Shown here: positions 43,315 to 52,442 of the stretch, one piece after another
Layout: every line of letters begins with the position of its first letter
Position numbering within the stretch: position 1 is the stretch's first letter
NCBI GenBank assembly: GCA_004298335.1
Contig: SCTG01000101.1
Location: forward strand, 1 to 57,566
Length of the DNA: 57,566 bases
Source of the DNA: Nitrospirota bacterium
Lineage (GTDB): Bacteria; Nitrospirota; Nitrospiria; Nitrospirales; NS-4
Direction: 5' to 3'
The notes under the pieces: generated by a model
What the model was told of the DNA's origin: nothing
Seen by the model: only the letters and a program-made list of their open reading frames with translations
Databases searched by the model: none
Position numbers and translations under genes: made by a program

Positions 43315-43479
43315 GTGGCCGACGAATTCGACAACGAGCTGGACCTCGATATCCTGGGCGCCAAACCCCAGACGAAGGCGCCGAACTGCCCGGTCTGCGA
43401 TGAAGTGATGATGTTCAACGACGGCGATTGGTTTTGCGGGCCCTGCAATGGCACGGACTGCGGCCCCGAGACCGGCTAG
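43315..43479 (+). CDS. Putative 54-aa zinc-ribbon peptide
   Basis: GTG at 43315 after a weak SD AGGAA. Acidic N-terminus, then CPVC...CGPC. Coding-like GC3. Short, so tentative. Confidence 0.35.
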   Translation: MADEFDNELDLDILGAKPQTKAPNCPVCDEVMMFNDGDWFCGPCNGTDCGPETG

Positions 43480-43500
43480 CGTTCCCGTTCCCTCCTGTAG

Positions 43501-43833
43501 ATGGAAACTTCCGAGCAGTTCCTGGACCGCGCGATGAAGCTCCTGCAGCGGTCCGACCCCATCCCCAAACTTCTTCCCCAGGTTCGCATCGGGCGGATGG
43601 CTCCGGATTCACCGGCGCTGATCGCCATCCTGGAATCCTGGCTGGAGGCCTTCGTCCAGGTCCTCAAGGACGGCCAGGCCGTGTTGGATGTCGAAGGTGC
43701 GCTCCGCCTGGACCCTAATCCGCGAATCGCGGTCCTCGTGGAGGCCGGCGTACTGGCCGAGAACCAGCCCTACGTGCAGGCCGTTCGCGACGCCTGGTCG
43801 GCGGCCCTGCAGGCGGCCCAGCAAAGAAAATAA
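43501..43833 (+). CDS. Hypothetical 110-aa protein
   Basis: ATG-initiated ORF with strong GC3 bias. Helical, Leu/Ala-rich. No SD and no motif recognised. Confidence 0.45.
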   Translation: METSEQFLDRAMKLLQRSDPIPKLLPQVRIGRMAPDSPALIAILESWLEAFVQVLKDGQAVLDVEGALRLDPNPRIAVLVEAGVLAENQPYVQAVRDAWSAALQAAQQRK

Positions 43834-43854
43834 GAGCGGGTGTCACCCGCAAGA

Positions 43855-43983
43855 GGCCGGCGCGGGGTGTGCCTCAACCGCGCCCGTAAGCGAGCGGCAT
43901 CTGTTGGGGAACCCGTTGCTCTGCCGATGCAACGGGTCTGAAGGCGCGCGCGCAGGGAGCGAGAGGCACCCCCGCACCGGGCC
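43855..43983. other. 129-nt nested inverted-repeat element (MITE-like or structured RNA) upstream of addB
   Basis: Imperfect ~21-23-nt terminal inverted repeats (GGCCGGCGCGGGGTGTGCCTC / GAGAGGCACCCCCGCACCGGGCC), an inner CGCGCC/GGCGCG helix, and a perfect 9-bp hairpin ACCCGTTGC-9 nt-GCAACGGGT (43911-43937). Confidence 0.5.
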
Positions 43984-44026
43984 GATGCTTGTCGTTTCTC
44001 CGATTCTCCGCTAGTCTTACCCCGTC

Positions 44027-47000
44027 ATGCTCACTGTCGTCACCGGCCCGTTCCATCCTGATCTCGAAGCCGCCCTCGTCTCGCAAGTCCGATCGCTGAA
44101 ACAGGGCGACCCGCTCGCGCCGCTGGCGATCGTCGTGCCTTCGGCGCAGCTCGCCCGGCGCGTCAAGTGGCTGCTGGCCGTCGAGCAGGGCCTCGCGCTC
44201 CTCGACGTCCATGTCCTGACCTTCCACGATCTTGCCAAGACACTGATCAAAGAAAGCCGGGCGGACCAGCCGGCCGGCGCGGACGGAATCCTCCGGGAGG
44301 AATTGCTGCGCTGCCTCGTCGCGCGGGGCGTGCCCGGCTCAGAAGCCTTCCGCGACTGGGCGAAGATGCGGGGCCTGTGGGGCGGCCTGTGGGCGACCAT
44401 CCAGGACTTGAAGGAGGCGCGGGTGGACCCCGCGTCCGTCCTGTCGGCGGTCGGGGAGAAGCTGTTCGGCTCCGAAGATCCGGAGCGTCTGGCCGCATTG
44501 TTCCGCCTGTACGCCGCCGTCCTGTCGACCGACCGCGATCTCCGCATCGCCGATCCGGACGACCTCGCCACCCTTGCGGTGGAGCAGATTCCGGGATCGA
44601 CGTTTCTCGCGCGGATGCGCCTGGTCTGCTACTACGGGTTTTACGATCTCACGCAGGGGCAGCTCGACCTGTTCAAGGGTGTGGCATCCGCCTGTCCGGC
44701 GATCGTCCTCTTTCCGCTGCGGCGGGAGAGTCCGTCCTATCGGTTCGCGCAGCGGTTCTTTGAAGCCTATATTCAGGGCATGGCCCTGAGAGTGGAAGGG
44801 GGCCCGGCGTCTCCACCCGCAAAGCGGGCACCCGGCCCTCCCACACCCACCTCGTCATCCCTGACCGACGAGATCGCTCCGGCGGTGCGGGGGAATTGCC
44901 GCATCATCAGTACGGTCGGCCCCGAGGATGAAGTGTCAACGGCGGCCAAGGAGATCCTCCGGCTCATTGAAGACCAGGGATTCAATCCGATGGAGATCGG
45001 CGTCGTGGCACGGACGCTGGATTCCTACCTTCCCGTCGTGCGCCGGGTCTTCGAGGAGAACCAAGTGCCGTTTGCCTGCCCGGTGGGAGAGCCGCTTATC
45101 CACGAGCCGCTGGCGAAGACGATCATCCGGTTTCTCCGGCTGCGCGTCGAATCCTTCCCGCGCGCGTCCGTCCTGGACGTAGTGACATCTCCAGTCTTCC
45201 GGCTCGCCTCCATCTTAGTTGAAGGGGGGGGCGAGCTAAACCCGGCGGCTCATCCGGATCAATGGGAATGGATCACGCGGGGGCTGGGGATCACCAGGGG
45301 CGATCCGGCCGATGGGAGTCTCGGCGAATGGCGGCGGCTTGAGCGCGCGATCCAGCCGAGCCTCGAACGGTCCGACAATGGCGATGAGAAGACCGATCCC
45401 GGACAGGCACTGGTGACGAAACAGATGCGCCTGCTCTGGGCGCTCGTGCAGAAGCTCCACGCCGACCTGTCGTCGCTGCCCGCCCGCGCGAGCTGGGGCG
45501 AGTACACGGAACAGTTCGTCCGCCTGCTGCCGAAGTATTTCGATCTGCCGGCCTGGAGCGACGCGCAGCAGGCCGCCCATGACGAGTCTGTGCAGGCGGC
45601 GATCCGCGGATGTCTGGATTCCGTCAAAAAGTTGGAGGTGCTGGGCGAGGAGGTCTCCCTCAAAGACTGGACCGACCTGATGGTCCGGGCGTTGGAGCGC
45701 GCGCGACTGCTGTCGGAGACGCACCAGCAGGCGGGCGTGCAGGTCCTCGACGCCATGGGTGCGCGGGGAGTGCCCTTTCGCGCCCTGTTTGTCCTCGGCC
45801 TCAACGAAAAAGTTTTTCCCCGCTCGATCCGCGAGGATGCGTTGCTGCGCGACGCCGACCGGGAGGTGCTGGCCCGCGATCTCGGTTTCAAAATTCCGCT
45901 CAAGCTGGACGGGTTCGAGGAAGAGCGGCTGTTGTTCGCGCTGCTGCTCCGATCCGCGAAAGAGCGGCTCTCTCTCAGCTATCAGCGCGCCGACCGCGCG
46001 GGCCGGACGCTGGTGCCTTCGGGGTACCTCATCGAGCTTCAGCGCGAGATGGGGAGCGAGCGGGAACGAAGGATCAAACGGCGGCCGAGCGAGCGGTGGG
46101 CCGAGTGGCCCTACGAGCCCCTGCTCCTGACCGCGCGCGAGATGGGTCTGCACATGATCCTGCGCGACGGGTCGGTTCGCGCCGCCTGGCACGCGCTGTA
46201 CGCCGAGCCGGAGTTGCTGGCGCAGGGAGTGAGCGCGCTGCAGGGACTGGAATCGGCGAAAGCCGGCCTGACGCCATATGACGGGCTGGTCGGTCCGGTC
46301 GCGTCCCATTGGGGCATGCTGGAACGTCGCGGCGCGGCGCCGACCTCGCTGGAGCGCTACGCGCAGTGCCCCTTCCGGTACTTCGCCGAGCGGGTGCTCA
46401 AGCTGCAGCCGCTGGAGGCGCCGGAGTCCGTGGTGGAACTCGACGCCCGTTCGCGCGGCGAACTCTGCCATGCCATGCTGCGCGCCTTCCACGAGCGGCT
46501 GAAGCGGGACGGCCGGCCCATTGCCGAAGTGAGTACCGACGACGCGGTGCGCCTGCTGGCCGACGTCGCGCCACAAGTTTTTGCCGAATACGAGGAGGAC
46601 AACTGGGTGGGCTATCCGCTCCTGTGGGCGCTGGCGCGGGAGGAGGTCCTGTGGCTCGTCGAACAGCTTGTACGGGAGGACCTCCGGGAACTGCGGCTGA
46701 GCGGCTACGTCCCCACGCTGTTCGAAGTCGAAGCCAAGGGCCGGTTCGACTCGAACCTGCCGGCTCCGCTGCAAGCGATCCCGGTCCGGGGAATCCTGGA
46801 TCGCGTGGATGCGCGGAAGGACAACGGGCGCACCGTCCTCCGTGTCGTGGACTACAAGTACACGCAGGCGCCGGTGTTGAAGGACCGGGACCTGGCGACG
46901 GCCGCACTGCGGGGATTCCGTCTCCAGCCGCCGCTCTATCTCCTGGCGGCGAAAGAGGTGCTGGGAGAGCCGGCCGTGCCGGAGTCCGCCGCCTTTTATT

Positions 47001-47344
47001 TCCTCGCGCCCAACCGGCGGGACGGGCCGGTGGACCGGAGCCAGCTGGATGCGTCTTGCTGGGCGGGTGAATCTGGCGTGCGTCTCGGACGCACGCTGAC
47101 GCTCATCCTGGACGGCATCAGGGCCGGCCGATTCTTCATCCTGCCGGGCGGCCACTGCGACCACTGCGAGTACTCCGAGGTCTGCCGCCGCCATCACAAT
47201 CAAAGCTGGTGGCGCGCGCGCGGCGACGAGTCCCGCAAGGCGCTCGAGGGCCTGCACGCGCTGAAGGCGCCCAAGGCCGACGCGAAGACGGAGAATGCGG
47301 AGGCGGGGACGGGCAAGAAGGAAAGGAAGAAGCGCGGTGGCTGA
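44027..47344 (+). CDS. addB: AddB-type helicase-nuclease subunit (PD-(D/E)XK nuclease with Fe-S staple)
   Basis: 1105 aa. C-terminal nuclease with YAQCPFRYF, GILDRVD, VVDYKY and CDHCEYSEVC (four Cys iron staple). Overlaps addA by 8 nt. Contains the 63-bp repeat (21-aa insert). Confidence 0.85.
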   Translation: MLTVVTGPFHPDLEAALVSQVRSLKQGDPLAPLAIVVPSAQLARRVKWLLAVEQGLALLDVHVLTFHDLAKTLIKESRADQPAGADGILREELLRCLVARGVPGSEAFRDWAKMRGLWGGLWATIQDLKEARVDPASVLSAVGEKLFGSEDPERLAALFRLYAAVLSTDRDLRIADPDDLATLAVEQIPGSTFLARMRLVCYYGFYDLTQGQLDLFKGVASACPAIVLFPLRRESPSYRFAQRFFEAYIQGMALRVEGGPASPPAKRAPGPPTPTSSSLTDEIAPAVRGNCRIISTVGPEDEVSTAAKEILRLIEDQGFNPMEIGVVARTLDSYLPVVRRVFEENQVPFACPVGEPLIHEPLAKTIIRFLRLRVESFPRASVLDVVTSPVFRLASILVEGGGELNPAAHPDQWEWITRGLGITRGDPADGSLGEWRRLERAIQPSLERSDNGDEKTDPGQALVTKQMRLLWALVQKLHADLSSLPARASWGEYTEQFVRLLPKYFDLPAWSDAQQAAHDESVQAAIRGCLDSVKKLEVLGEEVSLKDWTDLMVRALERARLLSETHQQAGVQVLDAMGARGVPFRALFVLGLNEKVFPRSIREDALLRDADREVLARDLGFKIPLKLDGFEEERLLFALLLRSAKERLSLSYQRADRAGRTLVPSGYLIELQREMGSERERRIKRRPSERWAEWPYEPLLLTAREMGLHMILRDGSVRAAWHALYAEPELLAQGVSALQGLESAKAGLTPYDGLVGPVASHWGMLERRGAAPTSLERYAQCPFRYFAERVLKLQPLEAPESVVELDARSRGELCHAMLRAFHERLKRDGRPIAEVSTDDAVRLLADVAPQVFAEYEEDNWVGYPLLWALAREEVLWLVEQLVREDLRELRLSGYVPTLFEVEAKGRFDSNLPAPLQAIPVRGILDRVDARKDNGRTVLRVVDYKYTQAPVLKDRDLATAALRGFRLQPPLYLLAAKEVLGEPAVPESAAFYFLAPNRRDGPVDRSQLDASCWAGESGVRLGRTLTLILDGIRAGRFFILPGGHCDHCEYSEVCRRHHNQSWWRARGDESRKALEGLHALKAPKADAKTENAEAGTGKKERKKRGG
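44791..44853 (-). repeat. 63-bp palindromic repeat element, copy B, in-frame inside addB in inverted orientation relative to copy A
   Basis: The reverse complement is 59/63 identical to 21264-21326. It is translated here as ...VEGGPASPPAKRAPGPPTPTS... Confidence 0.85.
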
Positions 47345-50300
47345 GATTCGCGACGCGCAGGCGCGGACGCTGGCCGAGACGACGTTCGACCGGAACGTGG
47401 CCGTGACGGCCGGCGCCGGCACCGGCAAGACGACGCTGCTGGTGGAGCGGCTGGTCCACCTGATCGTGAAGTCCCCTGATCCGGTGCCGGTTCCTGAAAT
47501 CGTGGCGCTGACCTTCATGATCAAGGCCGCGAACGAGATCAAGATCCGCCTGCAGGAACGGTTGCTCGAGCTAGCTACCCGGCCCGGGGACGCGACGGAT
47601 CTGCTGGAACGCTACAGGCTGTCCTCCTCGGAACTCGCCGCGCGGGCGGCGGCGGCCGTCCTGGACGTGGAGCGCAGCCAGATCGGCACCATTCATAGCT
47701 TTGCCGCGCATCTGCTCCGGCTCTATCCGGTCGAGGCCGGCGTGGACCCCGGGTTTGAACCGGACGAGGGCGTCGGCTTCGAAGAGCACTTCCAGCGCGA
47801 GTGGGAGCGATGGCTGGACGACGAGCTCGGTGCCGGCGGGCGCCGGCACGACGTGTGGAGACGGGTGCTCCGGCGGGTCGCCGTCACGGAGCTCCGCGAG
47901 TTCGCCCGCGCGCTGGTCAAGGACCTGGTTCCCCTCGAAGACCTGGCCGAACAGGTGCGGGACCCGTCGCTATCGCCGTCGTTAAGGACGTGGCTGCAGG
48001 AGAAGCGGGCACGCGCAAACGAGTTGTCGACGGCTTATCTGAAAGAAGAGAAGGCGCCGCGCCAGGTCGAAAAACTTCTGGCCGCCGCGCGGTCCTGCTT
48101 CGACCTGGTCCTCGCGCGCGGCGCGCCGGGCATCAAGTTGCTGGATGGAGAGACGGCCGCGTTGCTGGACGAGAAAAACCCGGGATCGAAGCCGCCGGTC
48201 GGCTGGGACAAGCGGGACTTCGACGAGGCGGGGCGGATTATCCAGACGGCCAGGGCCGTGCTCAGGACCGACCACGAGTACTTCCGCGACGCGCTGGCGA
48301 TCCTGGGGCCGTTCGCCGAAAGCTGCCGGCGGCGCTTTCTGGAGGCGGGGTCCGTTACGTTCGATGGTTTGCTCGCGCGCGCCCGCGACCTGCTGCGCGA
48401 CCACCCGGGCATCCGTGAACGGCTCAAGCACCATTTCAAGGCAATCCTGGTGGACGAGTTCCAGGACACCGATCCGGTCCAGTACGAAATCATGTTGTTT
48501 TTGTGCGAGCGGCCGGGCCGGTCCGCATCAGACTGGCAGGACGTGCAGATGGAACCGGGGAAGCTGTTCATCGTCGGTGATCCCAAGCAATCCATTTTTG
48601 CGTTCCGCCGGGCCGACATTGAAGCGTTCCAGGAAGTGACCGCGCGGGTACTGGCGCAGGGAGGGTTGCCACTCACCCTGACCACGAATTTCCGCAGTCA
48701 CGCGTCGATCCTGGCGACGGTCAACGGACTGTTCGGGCGCCTGCTGGCGGAAGGCCGCGGCCCCCAACCGCCCTATCACGCCCTCGATCCCCAGCCGGAC
48801 CGCCGGACCGGCGCCGGCACGCAGGGCGTCGCGCTCCGGCTCGTCGCGCCGGATCACGACGATGAAGAGAGCGAGGACCTGAACGCGCCGCAAGCCGTGC
48901 GCGCCGAGGCGGAGGCGCTCGCCCGCTGGTTGAAGTCCGAGGTAATAGGCAAGGAAGTCCTCACGAACCGGGACGGGCCTCCGCGCAAGGTCGAGCCCGG
49001 CGACGTCGCGCTCCTGTTCCGGACCTTCACCCAGAGCCGCGATTATCTCGAGGCGCTGCGCCGGCACGGACTCTCCTACGTCGCGGAAGGGGAGAAGCAT
49101 TTCTACCGGCGGCAGGAGGTGATCGATCTCGTCAATCTCCTGCGCTGCGTCAGACATCCCGACGATCAGGTGGCGCTGGCGGGCCTGCTGCGCTCGGCGC
49201 TCGGCGCGCTCACGGACCGCGAACTCGCCGAGCTGGTCGCCTTGCGGGCGCTGGACTATCGTAATGGCGGGCCTCCCGAACTGGACCGGCACCCCAGGGC
49301 CTTGCACCTGCGGCGGCTCTACGCCGCGCTTGAATCATTGCACCGGGACTGTCCCATGAAGCCGCTTCCCGATGCGCTGGACCTCATATTCGCGCGGCTC
49401 CCGGTCCTGGAACTCGCGGCCGCGTCGTTGCACGGCGAGCAGGCCGCGGCGAATCTCTGGAAGATCCGGGATCTGTCGGAAGACCTGGCCGCCGATCCCG
49501 ACATGACGCTGGCGGGCTTCGTGGAACTGCTGGCCGCGCGGATCGCCGATCCTCCCGAAGAGACCGAGAGCGGGCTGGCGGAGGAGTCGCTCGAGGCCGT
49601 GCGGGTGTTGAGCATTCACAAGGCCAAGGGACTGGAGTTCCCCATCGTTGTCCTGGTCGGGATGCACGCGGGCACGCTCTCGCAGCGCGACCCGATCCAG
49701 GTCCTGCACGATTGGTCCACGGGCGTGGCCGGCATCCGTCTCGGCCCGACCGGCACGCTGGGCGGCCTGTTCGCGTCGGAGAAGCTCGAAGCCCGGACGG
49801 TTGCCGAGCAGCGACGCCTGCTGTATGTCGGCATGACCAGGGCCAAGGAGCGGCTTGTCCTTTCGGGCGCGCTGACCGGCCGGTCTTCCACCGGCAATTT
49901 TCTCTCGCTGCTCAGGGACATCATTGGAGAGGATGTCGGCAGCCGGGCGGTAGCAGAGCTGTCGGTGGGGGAGGGCCGCATTGCGCAGGTCGTCCTTCCC
50001 GCCGACGAAGGCCGGCCGCGTGAGCGGGCGGCGAAGGAGCGAGCGATCCAGTCCGCCGACGATCTGCCGGGCTTCGAGTCACGCAGCCGGGCGCGCGCTG
50101 AGCGCTGGACGCAATGCCGTGAACAGCCGACTTGCCTGACGCCGTCCGGACTCGAAGAGTCCCCCCAACGCATCTCCACCGCAGTGACCCCTGCGTGTGC
50201 CATGGCTGTCGGGAACCTTGTTCATAAAATGCTTGAGATAGTGAGTTATCGAGATAAAGCTTATGTCATGCTTGAAGAATTAGATCGAAGCGCCGTACGC

Positions 50301-50693
50301 TGGATCTCGGAAGAGCTCAAGGGGAAGTCTGCGGAGATAGTCAAGGAGGCCCGCGCTGTGCTGGAGACCTTTGCACAATCGGAAGCCTGTGCCGAATTGC
50401 GCGACGCCACGATTCTGGGACGCGAGGTACCGTTCATGATGAAGTGGCCGGGGCCTCCTCCAACTATGATGGAAGGGCGCATTGACCTGCTCTATGAAAA
50501 GGATGGCGGGTTGTGGGTGGCGGATTACAAGACGGACCGCATTACCGAGGCCGAGGTGGCCGGGCGCATGGAAACCTACCGGCCGCAGGCCGAAGTCTAT
50601 ACGAAAGCCGTCAGGCAAGCGTTCGGGCACAGCCCCGCTGGGTTCAAGTTTATCTTTCTCCGGCTGGGCAAGAGCGTGCCGCTTCCGCTATAG
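47337..50693 (+). CDS. addA: AddA-type UvrD/Rep helicase-nuclease subunit
   Basis: GTG at 47337. Walker A AGAGTGKTT, DEFQDTDP, FIVGDPKQSIFAFRRAD, HKAKGLEFP, LLYVGMTRAK, and C-terminal PD-(D/E)XK (RIDLLYEKDGGLWVADYKTD). Confidence 0.9.
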   Translation: MAEIRDAQARTLAETTFDRNVAVTAGAGTGKTTLLVERLVHLIVKSPDPVPVPEIVALTFMIKAANEIKIRLQERLLELATRPGDATDLLERYRLSSSELAARAAAAVLDVERSQIGTIHSFAAHLLRLYPVEAGVDPGFEPDEGVGFEEHFQREWERWLDDELGAGGRRHDVWRRVLRRVAVTELREFARALVKDLVPLEDLAEQVRDPSLSPSLRTWLQEKRARANELSTAYLKEEKAPRQVEKLLAAARSCFDLVLARGAPGIKLLDGETAALLDEKNPGSKPPVGWDKRDFDEAGRIIQTARAVLRTDHEYFRDALAILGPFAESCRRRFLEAGSVTFDGLLARARDLLRDHPGIRERLKHHFKAILVDEFQDTDPVQYEIMLFLCERPGRSASDWQDVQMEPGKLFIVGDPKQSIFAFRRADIEAFQEVTARVLAQGGLPLTLTTNFRSHASILATVNGLFGRLLAEGRGPQPPYHALDPQPDRRTGAGTQGVALRLVAPDHDDEESEDLNAPQAVRAEAEALARWLKSEVIGKEVLTNRDGPPRKVEPGDVALLFRTFTQSRDYLEALRRHGLSYVAEGEKHFYRRQEVIDLVNLLRCVRHPDDQVALAGLLRSALGALTDRELAELVALRALDYRNGGPPELDRHPRALHLRRLYAALESLHRDCPMKPLPDALDLIFARLPVLELAAASLHGEQAAANLWKIRDLSEDLAADPDMTLAGFVELLAARIADPPEETESGLAEESLEAVRVLSIHKAKGLEFPIVVLVGMHAGTLSQRDPIQVLHDWSTGVAGIRLGPTGTLGGLFASEKLEARTVAEQRRLLYVGMTRAKERLVLSGALTGRSSTGNFLSLLRDIIGEDVGSRAVAELSVGEGRIAQVVLPADEGRPRERAAKERAIQSADDLPGFESRSRARAERWTQCREQPTCLTPSGLEESPQRISTAVTPACAMAVGNLVHKMLEIVSYRDKAYVMLEELDRSAVRWISEELKGKSAEIVKEARAVLETFAQSEACAELRDATILGREVPFMMKWPGPPPTMMEGRIDLLYEKDGGLWVADYKTDRITEAEVAGRMETYRPQAEVYTKAVRQAFGHSPAGFKFIFLRLGKSVPLPL

Positions 50694-50700
50694 CCTTCCC

Positions 50701-52440
50701 ATGCCCAGCACCTTCACCATCGATTTCCAGGATCGGACGAGAGCCTCGATCGTCTGTGAGGCGGTGCTCCCGCGTTCGGGTGATGCCTGGACCGAGATGC
50801 TCTACCACGTGGCCTTCTGCGTCGGCCGGACGCTGGCCAATCTGGAACTCGAGGAGCGGGTCGAGTACGCGCGGAAATTCGACGCCTGGGTGGGAAGCGG
50901 CTTCGCCGATTTTCCGATCCACGTCGCGCCGCCCGCGGTCCTGACCCCCTGCGCCCGGTTCGTGTCCTCGTTCGACGGAGACGTGCCGAGCTACCGCAGG
51001 GGCGCGTACGGCTTCGGCTTGAACGCGCGGGGGCTGGACTATTACGGACCGATGGCGGCGGCGGTGCTGCTGCACCACGTGCACGATGCCTGGGATCGGG
51101 CGGAGGATCTGCTGCAGCCGGTGCGGACCCTGTGCCGGCGCGTGGTGGCCGAAGGCGTGGATGAGGCCGGCCATGTCATGCTCGTCACGGACTGCGTGAC
51201 CGAGGCGCTCAAGAATTTCGAGCGTCGCGGCATCCGCCCCGCGGCCGCGCAGCGGACGCTCTCAGACCTTGCCCCGGGGTCTCTGCACGCGGAGGCGCGA
51301 GGGAAGTCGTGGCGCAACGCGTTGGCGATTGCCGGCGTCGCCCTCGTGCTGGCTTTCGGATGGGCGCTCTACCTCCAGCCCTCTCCGCCCGGGACGGTGT
51401 CGGCGCCGCCCCGGCCGGTTGCCGCCAAGACGCCGGCGCCACAGAAGCGGGAGGAAGTTCAAAAACCCGCGCCGGCTGCCGATGTGCCAAAGCCTGCCGA
51501 AGTTGTGCCGCTCCCCAAGGCGCCACCGAGAGAGGAAGCCTCACGTCTCGTGTCTTCTCCTCCTGCGCCTGCTGTACCTGCTCCCGCTCCAAGATTGGAT
51601 GTTCCGGTCAAGCCGAAGGAAGTGACTGTTCCAGTTCAACCGAAGCCCGAGCCGAAACCCGAGCAGAAGCCGGTGCAGGAGGCTCGCGTTGTACAGCCGT
51701 CCCCGGCGTTCGAGCGCGTGGTGACGGGCCGGGACGGCGCGCCGATGGTGCTGGTGCCGGCCGGCGAATTCCTGATGGGCAACGAGGTGGAAGGGGACGC
51801 GCCGTCCCATCGTGTCTATCTGGATGCGTTTTACATCGACCGGCAGGAAGTCACCAACGCCCGGTACCTCAAGTTCGTGGAATCCACGCGCCATCGCGCT
51901 CCGCAGCACGTCATCGATCCGCAATACGATCTCTGGGCGGGGGCGGCGCTGACACCGGGAGTTGCGGACCTGCCGGTCGTCAACGTGGACTGGTCCGACG
52001 CGGACGCGTACTGTCGGTGGGCCGGCAAGCGCCTGCCGACGGAGGCGGAGTGGGAAAAGGCGGCGCGCGGAACGGACGGCCGCCTGTATCCATGGGGGAA
52101 CGAGGCGCCGAGTTTTGCGCGGCTGAATTTTTCGCGCCGCTGGCAGGGCGTCTACACGCTCCAGCCGGTCGGCAGCTACGAGTCGGGGAGTTCGCCGTAC
52201 GGGGCGCAGGACATGGCCGGCAATGTGTGGGAGTGGGTCAGCGACTGGTACGACGCGGGCTCGTATGCGGCGGGGCCGTCCCGCAATCCGCAGGGACCTT
52301 CGTCCGGGTCATCCAAGGTGCTCCGCGGCGGGTCCTGGACGAACACCGCGGACAGCGTTCGCGCGACGCACCGCCGGGAAGAGGACTCCGACATGCGCAA
52401 CAGCGACAGCGGCTTCCGTTGCGCCCGCAACGCGAATTAA
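50701..52440 (+). CDS. Single-pass membrane protein: unknown cytoplasmic N-domain, Pro-rich linker, C-terminal FGE-sulfatase (SUMF1/FGS) domain
   Basis: ATG at 50701, 7 nt after the addA stop. TM WRNALAIAGVALVLAFGWALYL. PKPEPKPEQKP linker. FGE domain motifs: FYIDRQEVTNARY, VNVDWSDADAYCRWAGKRLPTEAEWEKAARG, NVWEWVSDWY, LRGGSW, GFRCARN. Confidence 0.85.
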   Translation: MPSTFTIDFQDRTRASIVCEAVLPRSGDAWTEMLYHVAFCVGRTLANLELEERVEYARKFDAWVGSGFADFPIHVAPPAVLTPCARFVSSFDGDVPSYRRGAYGFGLNARGLDYYGPMAAAVLLHHVHDAWDRAEDLLQPVRTLCRRVVAEGVDEAGHVMLVTDCVTEALKNFERRGIRPAAAQRTLSDLAPGSLHAEARGKSWRNALAIAGVALVLAFGWALYLQPSPPGTVSAPPRPVAAKTPAPQKREEVQKPAPAADVPKPAEVVPLPKAPPREEASRLVSSPPAPAVPAPAPRLDVPVKPKEVTVPVQPKPEPKPEQKPVQEARVVQPSPAFERVVTGRDGAPMVLVPAGEFLMGNEVEGDAPSHRVYLDAFYIDRQEVTNARYLKFVESTRHRAPQHVIDPQYDLWAGAALTPGVADLPVVNVDWSDADAYCRWAGKRLPTEAEWEKAARGTDGRLYPWGNEAPSFARLNFSRRWQGVYTLQPVGSYESGSSPYGAQDMAGNVWEWVSDWYDAGSYAAGPSRNPQGPSSGSSKVLRGGSWTNTADSVRATHRREEDSDMRNSDSGFRCARNAN

Positions 52441-52442
52441 GT

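Noticed and set aside
45236-47542. 768-aa minus-strand ORF opposite addB/addA
   Set aside because: Shadow ORF. The plus strand carries the AddB nuclease/Fe-S motifs and the AddA Walker A.
49960-49985. GGTGGGGGAGGGCCGC inside addA, resembling the 5' arm of the 63-bp element
   Set aside because: It is a partial, imperfect match without the inner palindrome or the 3' arm, so it is consistent with chance.
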